NCBI GenBank assembly: GCA_000002445.1
Contig: CP000066.1
Coordinates: 1,088,001-1,152,000, forward strand
DNA length: 64,000 bases
Direction of reading: 5' to 3'
DNA from: Trypanosoma brucei
Lineage: Eukaryota
Under the pieces are notes generated by a model. The model was given only the letters and a program-made list of their open reading frames with translations, had not been told where the DNA came from and searched no databases. This document shows positions 45,201 to 55,430 of the stretch, piece after piece. Position numbers and translations under genes: made by a program. Numbering within the stretch: position 1 is the first letter of the stretch; each line of letters begins with the position of its first letter.

Positions 45201-46148
45201 GAGCGTATCCGTTAGGTTGTGCAGGTGCTCTATGAGCTCCGTGCCGAGATCCACGTTGCCGGCTTCTCCAGCGATGGCGATTCCCTCAAGCGCACCGAGT
45301 GCAATGGAGTTGTCTACGCACTCGTCTGCATTTGAGGGAATGCATTGAACGAGGAGTGGATCGACGACATGCGCCCCAAAACCCACTAAACCTTCCCTAC
45401 TCAACTCGACACTACCATCACCAACATCCTTGCCAGCATAAGTAGACGTGGGACAACCCGCCTTCTCCCTTTCCAACCCTCCGCTGCCACTGCTTGCATG
45501 CCGAAGGTGGATGCCACATGCAACAAGTGAAGAGACAAACCCCCGAATGTCAACCCCCAATGAAAAAGTTGTTGCGTTGAGCTGTTGCATAAGTGAGGTG
45601 TACAAAGAAACGCACTCCAGATAGAACGATTTTGTGCGATCAAATGGGAGTGAGCGGCACTCGACCGCTAGAGCCACAAGCGCGATTAGCACTGGAGCAT
45701 TCTTCCCAGAAATACGACCCTGTCCCGCAATCAAATCCTTCGCTTGTGACATCTCGAATAGCTGCGTTACTCGTGGGTGAAGCAACATGTAACCACTGTT
45801 GACAACCGAGAGGGCATGTGTGGTTGGCATGGCACCACCGTGCAGATGCTGGGGCATACTTACACTTGACAAAGAGGCCAACCATGGGTCTGTACGACTT
45901 CTCCCGAACAGCACATCCGCACCCGAATAGCCCTCTTGCATGCACGGGCCCAACAATTCCTCCCTCCCGGAGACGGCGAGCGGCGCGTCGCCCCACCTCG
46001 GACCTCCGCTACCGAGCGCAAGCGCCTGTGGCGAATTATCCGTTGCGGGGGTGTCTAGCGGTTGTCGACGCAGTTGGTAGCCAAGCACACGAGCAAAGGC
46101 GAATGCAGGAGAGTGGCTGACCCATGAGGGGAACCTGATGTCGTCCAT
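39210..46148 (-). CDS. PI4KA: phosphatidylinositol 4-kinase III alpha (Stt4/PI4KA-like), 2312 aa
   Basis: The very large helical N-terminal region ends in a PI3K/PI4K catalytic domain with '[21 protein letters not shown]', '[24 protein letters not shown]' (catalytic DRHxxN and DFG). The size and architecture are typical of PI4KIII-alpha. Confidence 0.9.
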   Translation of the reverse strand: [2312 protein letters not shown]

Positions 46149-47384
46149 ATCGAAAGTGGTATAATAAAAAGGATTTGGGGCAGCGATGCGGCGGAGGTCA
46201 GAACCACAAGAGCGAACGCACGTGCCTTCTCCCCAAATCCTTTTCCTTGTCTCTCCCCCTACTTTTCCTATCCGAACTCCTCTTCAGCACCCACTCAACA
46301 GCCCTAATCTTGTGATGTAGGGGGATACGTAACACTTGAAACTACAAACGACGGGGGGGGGGGAGAAAAAGAAAAAAAAAGCGAAAGCAAAGAGGTGACA
46401 ATTTAGGACATTAGAGTGCCCATTGGGCGTCTTTAAACTCTACCAACCTGACTCATCTCCGAGGGCTCTCTGCGAACGCGCATCGTTTAAAAGTTCCCAT
46501 TCCAACTCCTAACGACCCACAACATTATTTCCCAATGTGCTTCTTTGTTTCTCTCAACCTCAAAGGCGCGAACTATTCTTCGTCCACTGCACTGAGAGAA
46601 ACTGGGAAAACGAAGGGACTCCGTGTTGCCCATAAGAACACTGTCCGCCGCCTGTAATCCCAACCACTACCCACCTTTCGTTTCCCATTTCATCACCGAC
46701 CCGACATTCGCCTGAAAACTCGGGGAAGCAGCGGAACCACATTAATTACGCAGCGTTTGGTCACGTGGAGATACAGCGACAAGCAGGAGGAGGTTACCCG
46801 AATCGAAAATAGCGGCGGCTCAATGGGGCCAGTACGCACCAAAAAAGAAAAACAAACATGCCGCAGTTGGCGCAACACGTTGCACAATCTGTGAGCGTGG
46901 TACAAAAGCGAAATATTTGCGGCGATCGGTACCGACGGCATGCGCCGTAAGTAGTACTTTACCCCTTCCAAGAAGAGGGTTCGCACAATTGCCTCTGCCT
47001 TATGCGCTCTCTCCATTTCACTGGTACCACCACTGACCCCATCAACAACATCAGGGAACATCGATGTTTCTTTTGCTCACGGATGTCCTCTCTGGTGGCG
47101 GTGTGGTGGGGGAGGGAAGGGAAGGAGTGGGGGATAAAAAAAAGAGACGCGAAATTTGCCTTCAGATGCGGACGGGGAAATGAACAATCCATGCAGAAGG
47201 TGAACAAGCCAACATACACATCCGTCTGGCGAACCAACCCCCTTCACCGCCGTGACTCCTCGCAACAGATGCGTGACGCGTAAATGTGCGCTACCCTGTC
47301 GAACACACACACGCACACACATATAGAAACCGATTCCCACCAAATTTGCGCTTTGCCCCCTTTCTACACTTTTCTGTGTGTTAT

Positions 47385-50300
47385 CTATTCAAGTGGCGGT
47401 AGGTCAGTATAGGTTGGTGAGCGTGCAATGGCGTCCGCAAGATCCTGTTCAAACAAATTTTCCAGAGCACGTAAAGAGGCGATGTGGAGGGCTTGCGCCC
47501 TCGTAAGTGCCGCACCAAACCCCACCAATTGCACCTCGCCCTTCCTTGTTTCCCTCCTATGCCTCTGTAAGTAAATGCGGCACTGAAATCCACCACCGTT
47601 GCTCGGCTGTTGCTCGACACGCAGCCAGCGCTCATTGCGAAACTCCCGAGTAACACACCGTCGCAAAAGTGTGTAAGGCCGAGGAGGACCTGCCGACTCT
47701 GCTCGCTCAAGTTGACGCTGGAGGTCTCGCAAAACGGCTGCTGGCAACACTTCCACCACTGGTGCCGTAAGTATTTCTTCAGCAAAGGAATGAATCTCCT
47801 TGGAGTGTGCTGAAAGATACGTCAGTGCTCTTGGGAAGCTCTGCCGACATGCGAGAAGCAGCACGTCACGCACCCCCTCGCGCTTTGACGTGGCGACTGC
47901 CCGCGCAACCGCCAAACCCCCCGCCCTCGAGAAGGAAAGAGTCACGAACCAATACCCTCCAAGCTCCCTTGCATCAATATCAACCACCTGTTGCTCCACC
48001 GTGGAAGGTGATGCTCCATCGTCCTCAATGGCAGTAGCAGTGCCGGTAGACACACCAAAGAAGGTGTTGAACATGTAGAGCGAAAGTTCACGCGAATTGG
48101 TTATGGGTGGGGGGGCGTGGCACTCATATTCTGTCCACAACTGTTCACCCTTGTCGCCAGCTAGTCGGTTCGTGGCCGCCCTCAGCGCACTACACAGCAC
48201 ACATGCAGCGCTCTCGCCCTCCTCACCAATACGTTCGCTGACAAGCAAGTCACCTTTCTGGCCACATACAGCGGCACGAAAGCGGGCACGGAATGGTCGC
48301 AGCAGGTACTCGACACTTCCATCGTTCCCCGCCTCCTCTTCAGCGCCATCCGATTCCTGCTGCTCCAAACTCCATGTGAAAGGGGCCATGCTTGGCGCTT
48401 GTTCCTCCAACAGCAGCATAACCTGGTGGACGAACGATTCCGACCCAACTCGAAACACAGAGTTGTACACGTTTTGTGCATCCTGGTCGGGATTCACTGC
48501 GTCGCCACGGTTCAGCTTCGCGTACGCCTCAAGTTCCTTTGGAAAGTACCTTTTTGCGAGCGAATAAACGAGGACACGTCGGGCATGTTTAACCTGCGGA
48601 TACGGAGGTGACACGGCGACGACACGCCGCTGCTCTTCACCCTCCACCTGCGCCTCCATCTCCGCAACCCACTGGGGAAGACCCAAGTCACCTGATGCGT
48701 TGCGTAACCTCACCCTCAAGTTGTGCCACCCCAAATCTTCCTCGGCAAAGGCAGAAACAAGCGAAAAAATGTTTCCCATATGCTCCACTCGCTTTTCACG
48801 GGGAAGAGCCCGAAATTTGCTTCCACGAGCCATTGTATCTCCAGAAAGATCAATATCTGGGTGCAACAACAGTGCATCACGGTACTGATTGGGGAAATTT
48901 TCCCTCAGTGCGTCAAGGCAAGCATTGCGCCACGCCTCACCCCTCTTCCTTGCGCGCCGCTCAATTAGAAGCTGATTCGAACGCAAACCATCATCAACTG
49001 TAAGCACTGCTGTGGCTTCGCCCGTGGCACGGTCAGTGTGATAAGTTGTCTGGTAAAAACTTCCAATGAGCTGCGAGGTTAGGGTTCCCAGGAGTGCATA
49101 GGCATTCCATTTCCCACGGTGGTTGGTAGCCACGTTGTAATTGTCATGTTTTTGAACAGCGAGGCTTAGAAGTTGCGTAGTTGGGAAGAAAACACCCCCG
49201 CCTCGTGGATCGAAGTAAACGCGACCCACCTCGGGGTACTGGTCAAGAAGGTACGTAAGCGCCTGCACATAGCAGTCAAACTCGAGGCGATAACGACCAG
49301 GACCGCTTTGCTGCCAAACAACACACCCATCTGACGTGAAGGAAGCGGTAAAGAAGTATCGATGCTTTCCGTGTGGCACGCCCTGATCACCGTCACCGTC
49401 CTTCGGCGCGGTAGAAATATCCCGTTCCTTGTCATCGCCAGCACCATCACCCTCAACACGCACCAAAGCAATATCCTCCGTTTTCTTTCCATATTCCCGG
49501 GAGAGGTGCTGCACCATCGCATCAAACTGCCAGCGCATCCGAACGAGGAGCGGCGAGGATGGGAGAAGCTGAGTGGCGATGTTTGCATCGGGCGAGAAAG
49601 TTAACTCAGCCCGTAGTGCCTGCAACGATGCGTTTTGATAGGCAACTAATGGTGTGGCCTGCCGCTTCACCTGGTGAACGCTTATGTTTCCCCGTGCGTC
49701 CTCCACGGTAACGGCAGCAGTAAATGTTGCCGCCCGAAGCACACGGTACTGTTCCTCTACGGGAATGGGCTCTGTTGGCTCAGCTCCCTCCCCGTGGCAC
49801 GTGACCGGTGATGGTGATGATGGCGACGGAGTTTCCTGGTCATGCCTCTGGGAGTCACCTTTTTCTTTTTCCAACGAACCCTCAGTGCATTCCTCGAAAC
49901 AATGGCTTTCCACAATTTTCTCCCAAGGCCGTACGAGGACCTCAACCTCACGGACGCTTTCCAACTGAACAGAAGGTGACTCCAATTCCGCACGGTAGCG
50001 ATCACGCAGCATCGCCAGGCAACGCACCAACGAGTCGTTTGCGGATTGACCACGGGCCTCTGCGCTGAAGGAAAGGGAGGGCGTCATGCCCCATTCATCA
50101 CGCTCATAGGCACGGCACCGCCACCTCAAATCTGCCCCTTGTTCTGATTCTTGCCCTTGCTTCCCAGAGGAGTTCCGCGGGGACTTAATAGAAAACTTAA
50201 GCACTCGGCTAAAGTGAACACACAACTCTCTCAGTTCATCGATGATTGCTTTAAGCTCCAATTGACGTGGCGATAGCGTCGGCTCTTCCTTGCCTTTACG

Positions 50301-51026
50301 ATAGCTACCTCTTTTTTGATATCCGCGGTTACGTCCCGTACCGCGGCACCCATGCGATGAAGCGGAGGCCCTTTGCTGTGGGTGAATAAAAACTACGTCG
50401 CTTTCTAACGCATCATTCAGCACCGCGTGCAAAACTTCCTTTGCCTCGCCTCCGCTCGCCACCGCTAGCTCTAAGGGGAAGCCTAGCAAACGACACGTAG
50501 CGGATGCTCGGTATTCCGTGACACCACACAGTTGCTGCTCTTGCTTTGATTGTTCTTCTGAATCAAATGAAGCACCCCCTCCTACGGGTTCGTCGTCTTC
50601 TACAACCTCTTCTTCTTCCTCACCGTGTGGAGCTGCCTTGGTTGAATTCCTCGAGTGGCGCCGCTGGCAACGCCGGAGCACAAGTTTGGCCTGCGGGCCA
50701 AACCTTTCCCGCAACAGCGCCTCCGCTTCTGGGAGTCCACAACCACCGTTGTCCGTGCCCACTTCTTCCACTGTTTCACCTGCAGTAAATAACTGCCGGC
50801 GCCCGTGAAGGAGGCAATCGGTCATCGGTGCCGTCACGAGTGGCAGATGAGAGCGCCTGATGGATGGGCTTCGAGTGGAACAGCTCACAGCTGCAGGACA
50901 CGTGTGGGGGGACAAGGTGCGTAACAAAGCGTAACTACGGTTCCCTACGAAGGCCCACGAACAGATGTTGTGCGGTGTGATCAGGGGCAAGAAGGCCCTC
51001 CTTCGCACAAGCGTGCTAAAGGTCAT
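47385..51026 (-). CDS. large conserved hypothetical protein (about 1213 aa from the probable start)
   Basis: The track ORF is 47385–51242 and begins inside a polypyrimidine tract. The first ATG beyond the AG acceptor is 'MTFSTLVRRRAFLPL' at 51026, which looks Arg-rich and possibly like a presequence. There are several degenerate dsRBD-like helices ('RARKRGEAWRNACLDALRENF', 'GFGAALTRAQALHIASLRALENL'). No firm domain assignment. Confidence 0.6.
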   Translation of the reverse strand: MTFSTLVRRRAFLPLITPHNICSWAFVGNRSYALLRTLSPHTCPAAVSCSTRSPSIRRSHLPLVTAPMTDCLLHGRRQLFTAGETVEEVGTDNGGCGLPEAEALLRERFGPQAKLVLRRCQRRHSRNSTKAAPHGEEEEEVVEDDEPVGGGASFDSEEQSKQEQQLCGVTEYRASATCRLLGFPLELAVASGGEAKEVLHAVLNDALESDVVFIHPQQRASASSHGCRGTGRNRGYQKRGSYRKGKEEPTLSPRQLELKAIIDELRELCVHFSRVLKFSIKSPRNSSGKQGQESEQGADLRWRCRAYERDEWGMTPSLSFSAEARGQSANDSLVRCLAMLRDRYRAELESPSVQLESVREVEVLVRPWEKIVESHCFEECTEGSLEKEKGDSQRHDQETPSPSSPSPVTCHGEGAEPTEPIPVEEQYRVLRAATFTAAVTVEDARGNISVHQVKRQATPLVAYQNASLQALRAELTFSPDANIATQLLPSSPLLVRMRWQFDAMVQHLSREYGKKTEDIALVRVEGDGAGDDKERDISTAPKDGDGDQGVPHGKHRYFFTASFTSDGCVVWQQSGPGRYRLEFDCYVQALTYLLDQYPEVGRVYFDPRGGGVFFPTTQLLSLAVQKHDNYNVATNHRGKWNAYALLGTLTSQLIGSFYQTTYHTDRATGEATAVLTVDDGLRSNQLLIERRARKRGEAWRNACLDALRENFPNQYRDALLLHPDIDLSGDTMARGSKFRALPREKRVEHMGNIFSLVSAFAEEDLGWHNLRVRLRNASGDLGLPQWVAEMEAQVEGEEQRRVVAVSPPYPQVKHARRVLVYSLAKRYFPKELEAYAKLNRGDAVNPDQDAQNVYNSVFRVGSESFVHQVMLLLEEQAPSMAPFTWSLEQQESDGAEEEAGNDGSVEYLLRPFRARFRAAVCGQKGDLLVSERIGEEGESAACVLCSALRAATNRLAGDKGEQLWTEYECHAPPPITNSRELSLYMFNTFFGVSTGTATAIEDDGASPSTVEQQVVDIDARELGGYWFVTLSFSRAGGLAVARAVATSKREGVRDVLLLACRQSFPRALTYLSAHSKEIHSFAEEILTAPVVEVLPAAVLRDLQRQLERAESAGPPRPYTLLRRCVTREFRNERWLRVEQQPSNGGGFQCRIYLQRHRRETRKGEVQLVGFGAALTRAQALHIASLRALENLFEQDLADAIARSPTYTDLPPLE

Positions 51027-52038
51027 GGTGCACCTCTTCATGTCATTGTGGGGTGGCAAAAAATAAAAAATGAAAAAAAAACAAAAAAGAGAGTGTGTGA
51101 CAGAAGTATGGAAACATTGAATAAAAGGAATAAATTCAAGTGGACGACACACAGAACGAGAGAGCGCCAACCACAAAGGGTGACTAGAAATGAAAGTGTG
51201 TCTGGAACGCGACACAGCGGAACCGTAATGGGGTATTCTCAAAAAAAAAATAGCTGGACAAACTGCCGTTAGTACAAAAATTGAGTCGTCTATGTGCCTT
51301 AGTATGCAGCGCCCTTCCCTTTCGTTTTACCCCACCTTATTCGCCCCTAAGCCCCGTTTTCTTTACCTAATTTTTTCCCCTTTTTCTCTCTTTCCAATCC
51401 ATCCTCTTACCACACAGTATTGTACGCTCAGTCAGCGATTACCGTGGCGCATAACTACCCCTTCCACATCTACACGCGACGGTAAATCGTACATCAACAC
51501 AGAAGAACAATAAAGAACAACGACAACGAAAATAAAATGACCACGCGTGCTAAAGCCGCTGCGACACAAATATATATATATATATATAAAGTACGGAGCT
51601 GCACCTACATACTCATGTCCTTCCTTTCATGTGTGCTGGTGTGCTGTGGCACCTCCCATTGGGGATACGTGTGCGTTACGTTTTACTCCAAACGCCCGTG
51701 GGACGACATGCTTTAGGTGGTAACGTCACTCAGGAGGAGGCAAATAATTTTTTATTTGGCCTTCTTTTCTTTTTCACCCTCTCATTCACACACAACGCCA
51801 AGGAACGCTGTTAATCCCTTCTCTGAAAAGAGTCAGCACGCGCAGCCTACACACAAGCATAGAGCCTACCCCCTCAATAAAAGGGAGAGGGATGGAGGAA
51901 ACGAGATCACGTATTGACTGTAGCCACGGATTTCCGATGAGTTATGCCGCTGGCCTCTCATTCTTTCCTCTTCACTCTGTTTCCTCCTCCCTTTTCTCCA
52001 TCTCCCCTATCTTCGTTCCCTTTGCGCACTGCCACTCC

Positions 52039-52076
<38 letters not shown>

Positions 52077-52258
52077 CGTGTGTGTATGCGTGCGCAAGTT
52101 CACCCACCCGCTATTCCTAACAGAGGAAAACAACACACCCCACTAATCATACCCAGTCGCCCAGCAGGCCACACTCGCATGGTCGAAAATAAATCGCGAA
52201 TTAAAAATAAAAAAAGATATAAAAGAATGCATGCGTGGGGAGGGAAGGGTGCTGAATA

Positions 52259-54118
52259 CTAAATGAAGAAGCATGGAATAGCTACCTTCGACATCGCCGT
52301 TGCCCGCACAGCGGCATCTGTGACGGCTCGCGGCATATACAAATACTCGCGGAGATGCAGCAGTTCCTCGAACATTGCTTTGCTGAGATCACTGTCCAGA
52401 AACCCAAACATATTCGGGATGAAAACGGTTTCGGCCTTTAGACTATAGGCGAGCGCCAGCACTTCCTCCGCCTTCGCAGGCCCTTTGAGGGAGCTGAACA
52501 TGGCGTACACACAAACAGCGGCCAGCGGGTTCAATTCTTGAGACTCGCCTTTCCCCGCTCCTCCTGGGCGCAGCCGCAATACGACAACATCTGTAATCCC
52601 ACCGCCTGTTGACGGTCTGTGTACAAACGAAGACAAACCTTCCCCCACAATGGACGTGAGGAGGTCATCTACGGACTGGGTGAGGTAAGCCACATCAAAC
52701 AAAGTTTCCGCCTGAGAGGTGATAAAGCTGTGCAGATGGTGTAACTGCTCGGTGTTCTTACGATCAACGAGTTCCCATCTGGCACAACGACCGGCATTAT
52801 CACAAAAAGATTTAGTAAGTGCATTTTTAGTGATAATATCTGCACGGAGTACGTCATCGTACTGGAAAAAGTCGGGAAAAACTTCCGTAGCATACCGCCT
52901 CTTGAAGACGTGGCCGGGTGCTATAGACCTTCTCGACCACTTCACCAAACCAACGGCCGGAATGGGGAGCTGAAGGTAACTGCGGAATACGGCAGTTGTT
53001 GCCCCACTGCTCAGCAGAAGTTTGTGCATCTCCTCCAGAAGCAGCGGCGTACGGTTGGCGCCTCTCAGAGCCGGGTGAAGCGCCAACTGCGTTATCAAAA
53101 AGGGGTTCTCAATACGAGCACCACCACTCTTGAGTGCGACGGAACCACCTAAAGGCACAGCCATGACCAAACCAGAAATGTCCTCCTCTTTTCCGTCACC
53201 GTTATTCGGCTTCCGTAAGGCGCCAACTACTTTTGCACGCGGGAGAACAGCTGCAGTAACTGCTGGCTCAGCAGGGGGAAGCCAACTATGGAAACCATGC
53301 CCCTCCTGCGCAAGCTCCAACCCACTCAACCCGCGGAGGATCAAACTGTGGTGGGCATCCGTCAGCTGAGAGACGGTAATATCAGCACTAGCCGTGGCTG
53401 AGGCGGTACGCTCCGCTTTCCAAAATGCTCGCGGCCTGGAGTTTTCCTCAATAGGTGGGGCTGGCTTTGTCATCGTGAACCGAGGTGGCGGGACGGCAAA
53501 CAACTCAAGTACCTCTTCATAGCTTTTAACAAGATCCGCTGCCTGGGGAAACGTCTCAGCCAAAAGCTTCACGACGTCATTGTACTGATTCAGTGTCGCA
53601 ATGTCCACTGGGGTCATTTTCTTTTCGTCCGTTGTGAAGGGAACATTGCTATCAATGAGGTGCTGAAGCAATGCAATATTTCCACTGTCCGCAGCGTAAT
53701 GCATCGCGTTCCTTCCGTGGTTGTCCCTGAAAGTGGTGGGATCGGCGGAGGTAAGAGCAGCAAACTCCCTGAAGGAAACAAGGTCCCCCATCTTGGCCAA
53801 ACGCAACAACTCGAAATCTCCCACTATGCCCCGTCTCACGCATGGACTAGTTTCTAATGTGTGGCCCAATGGCTCCTCCATCGGTTCAGCAAACATACAC
53901 ACTCCAGCCGCATTTTCAGCTCCCGTAAAAAAGTCTTCGTCAGAATCATTGCTACACTCGGAGCCCTCATCATACCCGGGAACGTCTTCCTGCTGTTCAT
54001 GTTGTTGGGCTCCTGCTGAAGCAGTTGAAGGGTGACCCCTCCCTTCCAGTTCGGAGCGCAGCTCACGCAGGCGAGCTTCCTTTGCTTTACGCTCCTCATC
54101 AGTCAATGGCGTCTGCAT
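52259..54118 (-). CDS. ankyrin-repeat-containing protein
   Basis: The ORF is 619 aa. Ankyrin repeat motifs are present: 'GRNAMHYAADSGNIALLQHLIDSN', 'MTPVDIATLNQYNDVVKLL'. The N-terminus is acidic and the C-terminal half is unassigned. Confidence 0.7.
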   Translation of the reverse strand: MQTPLTDEERKAKEARLRELRSELEGRGHPSTASAGAQQHEQQEDVPGYDEGSECSNDSDEDFFTGAENAAGVCMFAEPMEEPLGHTLETSPCVRRGIVGDFELLRLAKMGDLVSFREFAALTSADPTTFRDNHGRNAMHYAADSGNIALLQHLIDSNVPFTTDEKKMTPVDIATLNQYNDVVKLLAETFPQAADLVKSYEEVLELFAVPPPRFTMTKPAPPIEENSRPRAFWKAERTASATASADITVSQLTDAHHSLILRGLSGLELAQEGHGFHSWLPPAEPAVTAAVLPRAKVVGALRKPNNGDGKEEDISGLVMAVPLGGSVALKSGGARIENPFLITQLALHPALRGANRTPLLLEEMHKLLLSSGATTAVFRSYLQLPIPAVGLVKWSRRSIAPGHVFKRRYATEVFPDFFQYDDVLRADIITKNALTKSFCDNAGRCARWELVDRKNTEQLHHLHSFITSQAETLFDVAYLTQSVDDLLTSIVGEGLSSFVHRPSTGGGITDVVVLRLRPGGAGKGESQELNPLAAVCVYAMFSSLKGPAKAEEVLALAYSLKAETVFIPNMFGFLDSDLSKAMFEELLHLREYLYMPRAVTDAAVRATAMSKVAIPCFFI

Positions 54119-55430
54119 CGCTTGTGAGTTTCCACTTTTGCTTTTCGTCGTGTATTCGCCCCCTCTTTGTTTTTTTTAAATTTATCTATCTGATAACTTA
54201 AATGCTGCACAGGCGTTGTTCAAACCACGCGGTAGTTACACAGCCAACCCTAAATGGGAGTTAGGGAAGGACAAAGAAAAAAACAAAACGTCTTCCTAGC
54301 GCCCACAAACGAGCACAATCCCTTCTCACCCTCTTACGCCTTCTTTTATTTTCTTTCCATGTATGCGATGTAGCGAATAGCAAAAGAAAAAAAAGAAAGT
54401 CATGAGAGGGAAAAAAAAACAAGTGGACGCTTGGGGAAAAAACAGTGCACAAGAGCATGGCAATGGTTGAACCCAACCGTGAAATGCTCAGGGTCGACGT
54501 AAAGGCACACCGCTGGCACCGACGGTCGTCAGCGCTTTGAAAACTCACACAGTCACCTCACACACGGAAAAGAGAATTGGAATCAGTCCACCAGGGAGTT
54601 GCTGCACTGTCTCACGTTCACTACACCCGGCAAACAAAGTTCGCACCGACGGATATCAACCACTGCCGACCGATGAGCAAAACTTCTCGTTCTTTAGGCG
54701 TTCGGCCGGTGCGGTGATGGTGGTGGCACCGGGGACGTACGGTGTGTACTCAGGTGAAGGGACCGGCTCCACCGCCTCCAACAAAATATTAAGCGCTACA
54801 AGAAGTAGGGCTGCAGCAGCTGCGAAACCCCATACTATGTTCCAGTTGGTGAATTTGTCTGCGTCAACAAGCTGTTGCTCTACCGCGGCCTGCTCCCTGA
54901 TGCGAACCGCCTCCGAGCCAAGCTTCACACCGCCATGGCGTCGACTCACCTCCACCTTCTCTGGATTCCGCCACTTCTTAGGACACGTGTTGTGCTCAAT
55001 GAAGGCACATTTCGAACAAATAAGAGGGGCTGAAGGCGACGAACCGGCAAAGGCAGCAGCGCTGCCGCCGCCTCTGCTGCGCAACAAGCCACGCGGCACC
55101 AGGAAACCAGTCGTGCACGTGGCTAAGCAGCAACCTGCATAGCTCGAAAACATTAATAACGCCCCAACGAGAGTGCAAGCCCACCAATACGCGTGCAACA
55201 GTCTGTCGCACCTGCAGCCAGAGTCCAAGCGGGCAAAACATCGGATAATTAAGCGGGGAAAACGGTAGAGGGGAAAAGAAAGAGGATATCCTGCTGTAAA
55301 CCGATACCAGTTTCACAAAATGGAAAACACGAAGTGATATTTAAACAACCAATAAACAACGGCTGGGCGTGGGTGGGAGAAAATTTTCTCTTCTTGCTAC
55401 GCTTGCATCTTACAATTTTAAGCGAACAAA

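Noticed and set aside
39174-46120. Numerous 60–140-aa plus-strand ORFs inside the PI4-kinase gene, and similar antisense ORFs in other large genes
   Set aside because: They are antisense or alternate-frame ORFs within a GC-rich 6.9-kb minus-strand CDS that has strong homology. They are a statistical by-product of codon bias.
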